Shown here in pieces: positions 1-11,876 of a stretch of 64,000 bases of DNA. The notes below the pieces were generated by a model. It did not search any database and had not been told where the DNA came from. It worked only from the letters and a program-made list of their open reading frames with translations. Position 1 is the stretch's first letter. The number at the start of each line of letters is the position of its first letter. Both the position numbers and the translations under genes were made by a program. Location: NCBI GenBank assembly GCA_964252035.1, contig OZ176205.1. One strand, given 5' to 3'. The stretch comes from Podarcis erhardii (taxonomy: Eukaryota).

Positions 1-3000
1 TACTTGTACCTCTCCCATCTGACTGGGTTGCCCTGACAAGAAATAATGCAGTAAACAAACAAACAAACATAAGAAATTGGGACTTTGTAGAGAAAGGATG
101 GGATGTCAGAGGTTTATTTTTTGGGGAAAAAATTAACAGTGAAAATATAGTAGAAAAAGTGAGATGCTCCTCTCTCTTTCTCTCTCTTGTGAGCATCGTG
201 AATAAAATTAATTCTTTTTCATGAAATACATTTATAACTTACATAATTTTTGGCACAAAACATGGTGAGACAGATACTAGCTGGTTTAGTTGCTACTACC
301 CCTTGAGAGTGTCACCAAAAAGTCTTTTCCATAGTGCAGCTCCATAATGCTATGAAAGCAGAAACTTAGGAATGTCAGTACTTTTGCTTGGATGAACGGG
401 TTCCCCATGATGAAGTGATATTCAAAGCAGCAAAGGAGCATTTAAATATTACTTCTTTCATGTGGAACAATGTCAGATATCTAAAGTGGTACTCATATAA
501 GAGCGGTGCATTTATAATAGCAGTGTTTCTAGTTAGGTAAGAACATGGTGCCAAGCTGTTGAAACGCCTTCTGCACTTTCCCTGGTTTTCAGTTACTTTT
601 GAGTGATTACATGTTGGGGAGATGTGTTTGTAAACTAATGGCTTTAATAATGTGATGAGATTGAAAATGAAGCCTAATTACCACAGCACAGCTGACCCTT
701 GGAATGCTTCCAGATGTGCCAGGGGCTAGGCCTCTCCAATCATGCAGGTTAATAAATTCCAGCCATGCATCAAGAAGTGATCCCACTTCACCGGACACCT
801 AATTTTCTCAGTATGGCAGGCAGGTACTGTGTGCCTTTTGGGGACAGCCCTTTTAGAAAGATGAAGTACACAGCAAGATATTGTAGCTAAGAGCGGCTGT
901 AGGTATGGTCAATAGCAAAACTTTACATTTTTTAAAGAAATATCTCCATTTGAGAAGGCGTTCTTAGAGAAAAATGTTCAATGGAGAACACATGGATAAC
1001 ATGGGCAGTACAGGCAAGCACCCTGCCCAGCTCCCCGTCTCAACTGCTCTCGGAAATCTTCCTTCTCAAATACAGAAACCTGACTCTCAGTTCAGCTTAA
1101 GAGTCTGTGCTATATTGAGCTGGCCATCCAATTAACAGAAAAGGAAGTAAACAGAATGTGTGATCAAGGACAAGGTGAGATCTAAGGTCAGAAAGTCTTG
1201 AGGAACCACATTTTCTCGTGTGTGTGCATGCAGCTGTAGAGAGAGAGAAGGGGGGAAAATAAGTCAAAAAGTTTAGAGTATTGAGTAAGACAAGGATGGT
1301 CAACCTCTGACCCTCCAGATGTTGGGCTGTAGCCTAGAAGCATCTCAAGGGAGATGGACAAGTTCTCCATCCCTGAAGTAAGAGATACACCTTCAACAAC
1401 AGTAACAAGCTGGATAAATATCAGAAACATCAAACAGATTCCAGGTGGCCAAGGTAGCATCTCAGATTTTCAGTAGTGGGCAAGGTTCACAGGGTTGTAT
1501 CCAATTATATCTCTTTAGGCATGGTTGAGAGAAGGTTCTTTAATTCAGTGGATATTTTCTTTAGGAGGGAGGCAATTTTCACAGATTCCACCCATGTGGC
1601 CCTTCTCCCAAATCTATTAATGGGAACCCTCTAGAACAGCAAGGGAGGTTCACGCTGGACTCCAGGCGAAAGGGGGGATTTGTGAAAATCACCTCTCCTC
1701 CCTTCAGCCCATGGAAGCCTCCCCTAGATTAAAGAGCCCCCTGTTAGTGGAAGGAAACAGCCCATGGCAAAGTGTCAAAAGGTCTGCTTTTTATATATTC
1801 GAGATTAAATTGCAGCACAAAACTTTTAAGAGAATTTGATGCAGCAGCTTTGTTTTTGACTTCAACATATAAAGAGAAATAACCATGTGGGCTGAAATAA
1901 GATGTCCCCTTATGTTCACTAAACAGCGCCTTGTATTGTTTTCATGCTGTTATGTGTGGTTTTAAGTATTTCAGAAACCACTTCATACTTTATACAGCAG
2001 TTGGGTTATATCAGTTATGGACCGCTGTATTGTGTAAGAAGGAAAAGCGAAGGAGAAGTGGAAGCATTTATTGATAGGGGCAAAAAGGCTATGAACAGCT
2101 TAGTTGCATGTAATATGCCCAAATGCGCCTCTCATATAAAATCAAAATCCTGTTAACACTTGTTTTGGGGTCTGTTTGCTCTTGTTTTTTAAAAAATGTC
2201 CACGCCAATGACTTGCACTATTGTTCACCTAAAATAACTGTTCAATAAACTAACAGAAAAGTATCATCAGGAATAAATGCAGAGTGAGTGGAAGGACTGG
2301 AAAATCTAGTTGCATTAACACTAAGCTAGTCTGGTTGTGTTAACATTAGGGTTGGATTTTCAGAACCTATCCGACCTGTGAATCACCTGTGCTGAGACCT
2401 GGGTGAGGCAAATGGGAAAGTGAAAAATATCTTCTGGCCTCCTTGCCCTTTCCTCCAACATCCAGATGTCATGGTAGCCCACAAGGCCTGACATTCCCCA
2501 GGCGATATCGTGACTTTTGTCATGGGCTTTTTCTCCTCTCATGGTGGTTTCAACACTGACGGAAGCCTGACGGAAGGTGCACAATGTTTGTTAGGTCCTG
2601 TTGCCACCATCTACCCAAGCCATTCTGAATTTGTGACTCTTTCCTTGAATAGGTTGGTGGAGATTTCCACCATTACATGCCAAATATGCTCCCAAGGCCC
2701 TGCTCGATGGGGGTCTAATGAGGAGATGATTGTGAAGATTACCTCATCATAAAGAGATAAGATTCATGTAAATCCTTTACGAGGCTACAAGCTTTCTTAT
2801 GCAAAGTAGAAAGGGAAATGAACAAAATCAAAGGACAATGATTGTCTGTCAAATTAAATAGGGAGGAAAAAATGGAAATTAGCCTTTTGAGATCGGTCCA
2901 AAATATCCTCCTTATGAGCATCTTACAGTTGCTGGCAGTAGCCTGCTCACAGCTGGATTCCATGGGCTTTTTCCTGAGCTCATTTATGCCATTGTAAATT

Positions 3001-3452
3001 AGGAGTAGTCCACTTTATCTGAGTGGAGCTGAACTGAGAGGATAATCAGGCCTTCTGATTTTATTGAAAGGTTATCACTGGGTTCAGTCCAAAATGTCAT
3101 CATCTTCATTCCTTCTAGGTAATGCTGTCACATAATTAATAAACCTGTTACAGATGATCTTCCACTAATTAGGAGATGTGCTTGTTCTACTACTAATTAG
3201 AGAATGACTCTGACATTTGGACTTACTAAACTGTCAGGATTTTTTTCACCCTCCATTTTTTTTGATATTGGACAATTTTTGAATCATGTTAATAACTGTA
3301 GGATGTGGCTAAAAACTAAACCTAAGACTCTGTTTCGGTATAATATGAGAGAGAGCAGAAAACAGTCTAAAATTCCTGATCATGTTGCACACATCCATTT
3401 TGAAGACAATACCATTCAGGTACCCAATCTAACGACTTATTCTTCTCCACAG

Positions 3453-3505
3453 TCACAATATCCTCCTGTACGAAGATGGTCATGCTGTTGTTGCTGATTT
3501 TGGAG
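3453..3505 (+). CDS. TNNI3K: TNNI3K coding exon (human exon 18 equivalent): (S)[17 protein letters not shown](E), kinase subdomains VIb-VII
   Basis: Acceptor ttctccacAG at 3451-3452 and donor GTaaga at 3506. The exon is 53 nt and its translation contains the DFG motif, matching TNNI3K as recalled. Confidence 0.97.
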
Positions 3506-3939
3506 GTAAGAGATTGGAAACTAAAAGAAAATCCCAGTATGTTTTGTAACCTCTCTAGCAAGGATGAGCAGACTTTGGACTGCAAGATCTGCTCTATCTA
3601 TTGGAAATTATGACATCTACCAGTAGACCTCTTGCCCATCCCTGCTCTAGGGCAGAATTGGTAGCCATTATGTGAAAGATGGTTGGATATCATAAGCCAC
3701 AGACTGATGAGGAAGCCACAATGATGTTTAATGTATTGTATCTCTTGCATTATTAGAGTTCAGTTGTTTTTATGTGGTAGGCTAACAAGTGAAGCCTTTG
3801 ATGTAGTTTGCTTTCTTTTCTTTGTTAAGTTTAAATTATTTACTTACACTCAGTTTAATAAACAGAAGGGGGAAAAACAAAACAGATAAATCTGTAAAAG
3901 GGGTTGGGGAGGTGGGAATCAGATATCCAGATCTAAAAA

Positions 3940-4760
3940 CAAAGAACAAATTTCCATACCAGAATCAAGTAGAACAAATGGAAGTCATAAATTTCCAAGT
4001 AATATAAATGGGTTTACGTTATCGTGAACCTTGTTGCCACAATAAATTACAAAGACACTCTATTTTTCCACCAAAAAATGTTATCTGGCTGGCTTCCTTT
4101 TCCACTTCTCCCCATATTTGTGAACTTAACCATACAGACAATATCCCAAACCTTAATTAACTATTAAAAGTTAGTGTCTTCATTATCTTCCAGTTATAAC
4201 AGTTGATCATTTGGGCACCCATCAATGAACTGTCAAAAACTTTCTCAGCACCCAGAAATAATATTTCACAAGGTTGTTTTGTTTACTTGATAATATGATT
4301 GATATGTAACACTTCACGAATGTTTGAAGATAATTTGCATTCTTTAATAAATCTGGTCTGATCATTTCCAGTGTATTTATTTGTTGTATTTAATCTATTT
4401 GCAAGGATGGTGCTCCACAATTTAAAATCCTGATTCAATAATGCTATAGGACAATATGGCTGGAATTAGCTGGCTGTTTTTATGTATAACCACCATTCTT
4501 GCCAATTCCCATGTTCTGAGGAGTATATAACTTGAAATAATTTCATTCAGTATCTCCCATAAGAGATCTTCAAGTTTATTCAGGAATATCTATAATCCTC
4601 AATTGTAAAGGCACCTGGATCAGGGGCATTATTATTTTGTAACTCACTGATTTCCCCAGTTCAGGGATAGTTAAAGAGGCTTTTCAATATCAGGTCAAGT
4701 TTGGCATGGTACAAAGGCCTGAATAACATATTTCTCAGGACGATCAGATATATAAAGTTT
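3940..4760 (-). mobile_element. Degenerate L1-clade LINE ORF2 (reverse transcriptase) fragment
   Basis: Minus strand 4459-4388 translates PYCPIALLNQDFKLWSTILANRLN (cf. L1 NYRPISLLNxDYKILAKILANRL). Nearby remnants include NAPDPGAFT and LFLGAEKVFDS. Many stops and frameshifts; boundaries are approximate. Confidence 0.75.
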
Positions 4761-5569
4761 CTGAAAAGAAAGAGAGAGATTCATTTGCAATGTCATTAGA
4801 TCTTGTTACACTTTCATTCCTGTTGTTCTTGAGTCACAATACCAGGTTATTATATGGCTTCTGCAGTTGCCCTGCTCATCTTATTCCCAATCCTGTTATC
4901 TGCTACCTTCCCACATATGTTTTAGATGTACTATATATGGGGTCAAAGCCAGAAAAAACTAGCTTGTAGGCAAATAGAGCAAGGACTCATGCTATATAAG
5001 ATCTTGATATACTGTGATTATAAGCTGGGTAATTACTGTTGGTCACATATCCTGTGGGGAACAAATGGAATTTGGGGGTGGGGGTGGGCAAAAGCTAATG
5101 ATTACTGATCTCCTATTCCGATCATAATTTAAAACAGGCAATGCAAATCTATGTTTTGTAATCCAATGATCTTCCTTATCTGCACTGATGCAGAAAAATC
5201 CATTGGTTCAAAAATAAAACCAGCCTCTTAAAAGCCTATATATAGGCTGGCTTGAGTTTTTGAGAGATGCTAGTATGACATCACGCTGATGGCTTCTGGC
5301 AGGGCATCCATGTTTTTGGTGGTGGATGTAAATCTGATTTTGAATAACTGAAGTATTCAAATACAAATATTAATTATTTAATGCAAGCCTTTTAATGAAT
5401 GCTGTCCTTGACAAACAATGCCATGATGTCATTGTATTTCCACTTGAACTTTATACAACTTACAAATATATATGCATTTTTGTTCTTTTTTAAATACTTT
5501 AGTTATCCTGTACTCAGTGATACTTATTTAACTGCTCTCCCTCCCTTTTGTTTTGCTTTTACATCCCAG

Positions 5570-5622
5570 AATCCAGATTTCTGCAGTCTCTGGATGAAGA
5601 TAATATGACAAAACAACCTGGG
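5570..5622 (+). CDS. TNNI3K: TNNI3K coding exon (exon 19 equivalent): (E)SRFLQSLDEDNMTKQPG, activation segment
   Basis: Polypyrimidine tract and cccAG acceptor at 5568-5569; weak donor GTttgc at 5623. 53 nt, phase 1 to 0, fitting both neighbouring exons. Confidence 0.97.
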
Positions 5623-6391
5623 GTTTGCCTATTCTCTCTCTCTCATTACAAATAAGTACTATCAAATGTATATGAAAATCTAGCCAAGGAGCAAGAAATA
5701 AGATTAGGATTTTCTTCTTCCAACATACATGCTATTGTATAATGACAGTGTATGCCATTTGTTTGCCATGTCAATTGAGATCAATGATGATTAGTGAGTA
5801 CAAAATGTTCTCTCTGCTTTGCACTCAGAAATGAATTTCTAGTCTGCAACAGTAATTGGCATTAGAATTTGCTACTTATATTAGTAGTTCTTATATTAGT
5901 AGTTCAGAATCATCTTCAGATTGTTGATGGTAAGTTCCCCCGGCCCCCAGTACTGTAATTGTTTTTCTGAGCTTTCATGAAGAACTCTAAGAGGGAGGGA
6001 TTGTTGTTTTGTACTGAGAATTCTTTGAAAAGGTTTGGGGTGTTGGCTTACCAGAGAATGGAGCCTCCATTCTGAACATAGCCTCCGACATAGTATCACC
6101 TCAGGACATTTCAGGAAATGTAAATGGAAGCTCCTGACCAATGCAGAGCATCACTGTTGCCCACCACTTGTTGTGCCGCCACTGAAACTTTACTTTCTTC
6201 TCTCAGACTAGGAGCTGCCAAGAGCAGACCCGCCAAGTGTCCTTATTTTCCAGGGACAGTCCTGGATTTACAGAAGCCATCTCGGTTTCTGATTTGATCC
6301 CGGAATATCCTATTTTTCTTAGGACATCTCTATTTTCATTGGAGAAATGTTGGAGCTATGCAACCCCCAAGCAAAGGACATAGCTATACAG

Positions 6392-6527
6392 CAGGCTTCC
6401 TCAGCCTCAGCCCTCCAGATGTTCTGAGACTATAGTTCCCATCCTCCCTGACCACTGGTCCTGCTAGCTAGGGATCATGGGAGTTGTAGGCCAAAAACAT
6501 CGGGAGGGCCAAGGTTGAGGAAGCCTG
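6392..6527. mobile_element. hAT-type MITE (136 bp) with a perfect 8-bp TSD CTATACAG
   Basis: TIRs CAGGCTTCCTCAGCCTCAGCCCTCCAGATGTT / AACATCGGGAGGGCCAAGGTTGAGGAAGCCTG. TSD at 6384-6391 and 6528-6535. Confidence 0.92.
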
Positions 6528-6660
6528 CTATACAGCCTTTAGAAGACATCTGAAGGCAGCCCTGTATAGGGAGGCTTTTTTTACTGTTTAGTGTTTTATT
6601 ATGTTTTTATATGTTGGGAGCTGTCCAGAGTGGCTGGGGCAACCCTGTCAGATGGGTAGG

Positions 6661-6661
<1 letters not shown>

Positions 6662-6702
<41 letters not shown>
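6662..6702. repeat. (TAT)n microsatellite
   Basis: Read directly; forms the tail of the L2-like segment. Confidence 0.95.
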
Positions 6703-6703
<1 letters not shown>

Positions 6704-6984
6704 ATAGGACACCCCTGTTTTTATTGGAGAAATATTGTAGGGTATGGAAGAGCATCCTGGTTTTATGCATGAAGTGAAGCCCACAGTGCAGTTTGAAACT
6801 CAATAAAAGACTTGGGAATCTGTTGCGCAGGAACAATCTGATCACCATTCTCCCTTCCTATTAAGAGAATTGTTTTGTGAACATATTGCCAGAAAGCAAA
6901 GAGAAATGAAGCTGGAGAATCGGTGCCCCTGTGAAGAAACAAAACATACCATTAATGCATTATTGATGTTGTCTTGATGTACAG

Positions 6985-7117
6985 AACCTGCGCTGGATGG
7001 CCCCTGAAGTATTCACACAGTGTACTCGCTACACTATAAAGGCCGATGTTTTCAGCTATGCCTTGTGTCTCTGGGAACTGTTAACAGGGGAAATTCCATT
7101 TGCTCACCTCAAACCAG
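6985..7117 (+). CDS. TNNI3K: TNNI3K coding exon (exon 20 equivalent): [44 protein letters not shown](A)
   Basis: Acceptor tacAG at 6983-6984 and donor GTaaga at 7118. 133 nt, with APE and DVFS kinase motifs; overlaps ORF-track 6997..7188. Confidence 0.98.
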
Positions 7118-8707
7118 GTAAGATGCACAGCAAGCTAGCATCAAGATTGCTTCTTTCTGGTGCACAACAAAGAAGCTGCTTTGTATAACACTAACTCAGC
7201 TTTTAGTCAAATGTGTATTTGTTTTAATTTTGCATCGTGGGCTTTCAGTTTCCACATAGAACTGTAAAGCCGGTGTTTTGCAGTCAGCCACAGTACGCTG
7301 AAATCAATGTTTCGTCAAGGAAAAAGAATTATGCAGGCAACTTAAGAGTCTGTACTAGCTTTTACCCTAAGGTGCTTTCTCCAAACTAAGCTTATCAGAT
7401 GCCTGAGGTGTTTCAAGCTTACTAGAATGTTAATATATATTTTTATGCATGCATCGCTGAAAATGTACTGCAAAACAAGGAGATCAATGCTTTGCCATCA
7501 AAGCAACATAGCCGTTGTGAGCAAAGGTGCCCTGATCACCCAGTGTGACATCATAGCCAGATCGTCTTGACCCAGTGTGACATCACAGCCATTCACTCTA
7601 CGCTGGGAAACCTTTAGAGCCAAAACTGTGCATTGAATGAGCTACCAAATGCAGCAGAAAACTGCTCCAGTTTCTAATGAATGCCGGTTCAGAATGTACT
7701 TGAACTTCATTTTTTAAATGACCCTTAAATCTACATATAAATGGGGCTGTTTGCTGGGGGTTGAGAGTTCTTTTGCTGTTTCAGTTATAGCTGGATGCTG
7801 TCAGGTTCAGGTGTTTGACTTGGCCAACTGCACTTCATCACAGAGACTAGATGCTCCACACACCCACTGAACCTGGGGGGAAAACATGGGGAAAGTGGTC
7901 TTATATGAAAATGCTGCAAGTCGGCTCCCTGGAGCTGACTTGCAGAGGGACATAGCAGAAAAGGCATGGGAAGGAGAGTTCCAGAGGAATCCAAAAGTGT
8001 CTCCTTCCCTCTGCCCAGCAGCCTCCTCCTATTGAAAGTTTTATCAGGTTCGTGCTTGTTGTTATTTACAGTCAAGTACTTTAACAGGGCCAGGCACTTT
8101 CTAAACACCGAGAAGCTTGCAGTCTAGAGAATTCCCCTGAACTTTCCTGTTCTAAGCATGACTCCATTGATTCTCACTAATTAGCTTCACTTGTCTTGTG
8201 CAACAGCCATTCATTCCATTTTCCCATTTGAGACAGCCAGGGTGCTTAGCTTTTCAAAGTCATTATTCCTCTGATGCATTTAAAGTTATATATTTATTGA
8301 CCCTATTTGCTCGTTCTTGGTTGGTGGAAAGCCGGAGAAAATTCTCCTCTTCCCAAATACTCCAGAGATCTTATTAAAACAAGATTCACATCTCTTCTGC
8401 CACTTATGGAATTATGATCATTTTACTAGTTCAATGCTTTTTGCTTTCTCTCCCTACACCTTTTAAAAAAAACCACATACTATTTTCTTTTATTGGTGTC
8501 TTTACTGGGTATTGTATCATTAATACATTTTTGTTTGCAGGAATTTCTGCATCCTTAAGCTTTTTCTTTTTCTTATTCTAGTTTCTATCATTTCTTTTAC
8601 TGATTTGTTGAAGATAAAATGTTGTCACAATCTGATTTCAGAATTTGATTTCCCACGTTTTTATAAGCATTTGCCCTTCATGAAATAAATGGCAAGCTTT
8701 TAGATTA

Positions 8708-9115
8708 CCGTACTTTTCTGTGTATAAGACCTTTTTTCCTTTAAAAATCGTGCTAAAAAGTGGGGGTCTTCTTGTACAGGGGTAGTGCATAAGGTGGATG
8801 TTTGATTGGTTGCTGCCATGGCTGACAGCAGCTATTGTGCATGTTATTGTTTGGTGCGTCAATGGCTGCTGCTCCAGTAGTTGGGCGGGTGATTGGCAGC
8901 TTCTGGCAGCGATGGGACAGACGGGAGGCGGATTTTGTGACTTGTGCGGGTGACCGATTTTTGGCAATCCCCCTTCCCAGCTGAACAACTCTGGGCAATC
9001 CTCCAAAAAGAAGCTCAACAACTCTGTTCCATCTCCCCCCGTTTTCTTAAATTTGAGTCCCACAAAATAGGGGGCGTCTTATAGGTGGGGACGTCTTATA
9101 GACAGAAAAGTACGA
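8708..9115 (-). mobile_element. Tc1/mariner-superfamily (Tc2/pogo-type) MITE, 408 bp, TA TSD
   Basis: TIRs CCGTACTTTTCTGTGTATAAGAC / GTCTTATAGACAGAAAAGTACGA, flanked by TA at 8706-8707 and 9116-9117. Confidence 0.88.
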
Positions 9116-10084
9116 TAGTCTTCTTGTTTTTTTTTTATTTTGTTTCTACAGTTTACAATAACATTTCCCACCCCACCCCTAAAAATTCAAGTATGTGCTC
9201 TAGAGTGATACATTTGCCAGAACATTTTTCTTGTAGTTCCATAGCTCAGCTTTCCACAAGCTAAGCACAGACATTTTCTCTGAAGGTGTTCTGACCTAGC
9301 CTTCCCATCTGGGGCAAAATGTGCTGATCCTAAAAATCCAGTGGAGAAGGCTTTATATTTGACTTTTCTCTCTTCCCACCTCTACATGCTTCTCAAAATA
9401 TTTTTACCCACCTCCTATGATTTCTTCTCACATTTTCCTTTCATACTCAGGTTGAACTTTATCTCTGCCTTCCTGCTAGTTTCTTCAATCCCTCCCCCCT
9501 AATCTTTTTGCATTCGTTTCTTCCTCCTTGTCCTCTTCTTTTCTATTCCCAGTTTGTATAATCATTGCAATGTAATAACATTTTATCTCACTTTCTAATT
9601 TACTTGAATACCTCTTCAGGCCTTTTAGAGGAGGGAGACATTCCTTCCCTCTTCCCCTGCTGAACATCTGTCTCCCAGCCTCATTTAGTCAACTTAGAAA
9701 GAGTTGCTGGTGCTGGCATTAGCAGGGCTAGTGGGCATGGCGCGCAAGCAAGGAGGCACTGGGCAGACTGTAGCACTAAGGCCCACCTGAAAGTGCCTCA
9801 AGGCCCATCAGTGGGGCCCATGCAATTGTTTGTGAATCACAGGAATAGGCATTCAGCTTAAGGGACAATCCCAGGCACTTTTGCATGATACCAGGATGTT
9901 CTAAGGCTCCCTTTATGTGAAGCTCTGCAAGATCTGAGTGTACCCTGCCCCAGACTCAAGCTAGGTTCTGTGTCCAGGTGAGAACCAAGAGTGGCCCCCT
10001 CAGAGGGTAGGTCATTACCTGGTCTGGACCCTGTCTCATATCCTTCCCTGTGAATTTCTCTTGTTTGCCAGCTGTCAAATCCAG

Positions 10085-10340
10085 AACAGATACACCCTTC
10101 CCAAGTTGACCAGGATATCCCATAATTTCAGAAGCTATCCTGGCTTCTGATTGGATCATTGGATGTCCCAGTTTTTGGTCCAGTGTTCTGGCATGAATCA
10201 GCTGATTTGTGCCAGAGCACTGGACCAAAAGACACTCGTATTTTGGTCTCATGCACTTGCAAGAGTCAGCTGGATCCTACAAGAACTTGGGATCGAAAAA
10301 TGAGCATGCCAGTTCTGATCAGTAGGATGTTGGTGGGTAT
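10085..10340 (+). mobile_element. Old relative of the CATACC..GGTATG-type repeat, with an internal 58-nt palindrome
   Basis: cagaagctatcctggcttctgattggatc..gatgtcccagtttt and the terminal gatgttggtgggtat resemble the 6225 and 20246 copies. Confidence 0.5.
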
Positions 10341-11717
10341 ATAAATGCAGGGTTCCAATTATTAAACATTTCATGACTCTTCTGAAAGCTTCCCGAAGCA
10401 AAGGGAAACTGTACTTTTGCTTCTTACAGATATAAATGCATAAGATTTGCAGAAAGCTAAGATTAACCACAAAGCACCTTTTGACCCCAGATGTTAACAT
10501 AACAATCTTTTAAAAAGAAATGCAGCTTGGCTGGAGTGCTGAACCGCGATGAATTTTTCAACTTTTAAAAATAATACAGGGAGCCAGATGGGAAGGTGGA
10601 AAACAAGCACATTAGAAAGAAAAGAAGAGTGAATAGGCCATGTAGCTGAGAAACTGTTTAGGTTTTATAATGCAGGCATAATTGAAATAAAAAGGTAACA
10701 CCCCATTACTTAAGCACTAAGTGCCAACCAATTAGACTACAGCAATAGTGTTTATCAATCAGAGGCAGCCCACGTTGGGTAGTTAAAGATCTGCCATGAA
10801 GATGAATTACACATAATGACTAGTCTAAATCTGAGAGATTAAACCATTTGGGAACGTCGGAGTAGCTTCCTTTTAAAATGGGCATTACTATGTGGCTGTA
10901 AAAAGGTCATTTGGTTCTTGGAGAGACCACAGGGGCATAGACTATGGCCATGCAAGTGTCCAGAACCCTCTTTAGATTTCTTACATTATCTGTAATAGTT
11001 GCATGGCAAAACCCACTTGAGTAGTTGTATGATGAATAGAAATACTGAAACTAACAAAAAAGTTTAGACTCCAGTTAAACCAGGCACCTCAAACGTGGAT
11101 GCATGATTTGCAGCTCAGGACTTGTGCATAAGTTAATGTTTAGGTCCTTTGCTACTTCCAGACGGTAAGTATATATTTATCGCTGGATAGCTGCAGCCTT
11201 ACCTATTAAGACCTACTAGATATAATTCACTATGATTAATTGGTCATCTACCAGGGAGTAACTGCAGCCTACCCATCTCATAACATGGTAACAGATGGCA
11301 AGAATACCAAGTTAAACGTAGCGTACATACAAAATTTAAATGTGTACCAGCCTGAGTTTGATGCTATCATTCTGAAATCTCATGCTGATTGGAGAAATTA
11401 CTGCGGCATAGTTTCATCAATGAGTGAATAACTGAGAGAAGCGGAGGAAAGGGGAGTCTCTACAAACATCACTCATTTGAAGGAATATTCACTAAATCAG
11501 ATAATATATACCTGGATTAAACTCTTCATCCATTTGTTCCTCTTGTTAAGAGATGTTGACTTCCTACCAGGTTCATAAGTGATCCTACAGAGTGCACATA
11601 AAAGGCCACTGCAGGGGTAACACCCATAAAAATTGGTTGAAAACAGTGCTACTGACTGAGGACTGACTTTAATTGTTGGCTTCTTTTCCTTCACCTGCAT
11701 TTTTGGAGAGACAATAA

Positions 11718-11876
<159 letters not shown>

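Larger units (their letters stand above)
6225..6746 (+). mobile_element. Composite non-autonomous repeat (CATACC..GGTATG-type ends) containing an L2-type 3' tail with (TAT)n; copy 1
   Basis: Co-linear with a second copy at 20246-20578. The tccctattttcattggagaaatgttggag block is duplicated internally. The tail ttagaagacatctgaaggcagccctgtataggga..cccagagtggctggggcaacc resembles lizard L2 3' ends (recall). Confidence 0.75.

Noticed and set aside
2340-3070. Possible decayed retroelement coding sequence (ORFs 2360..2584, 2510..2752, 2739..2963)
   Set aside because: No diagnostic RT, endonuclease or integrase motif could be read with confidence; it needs a Dfam or Repbase search.
1-3452. Searched for the preceding TNNI3K exon (..HRDLNS)
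   Set aside because: Not found in any frame; it presumably lies upstream of the window in a long intron.
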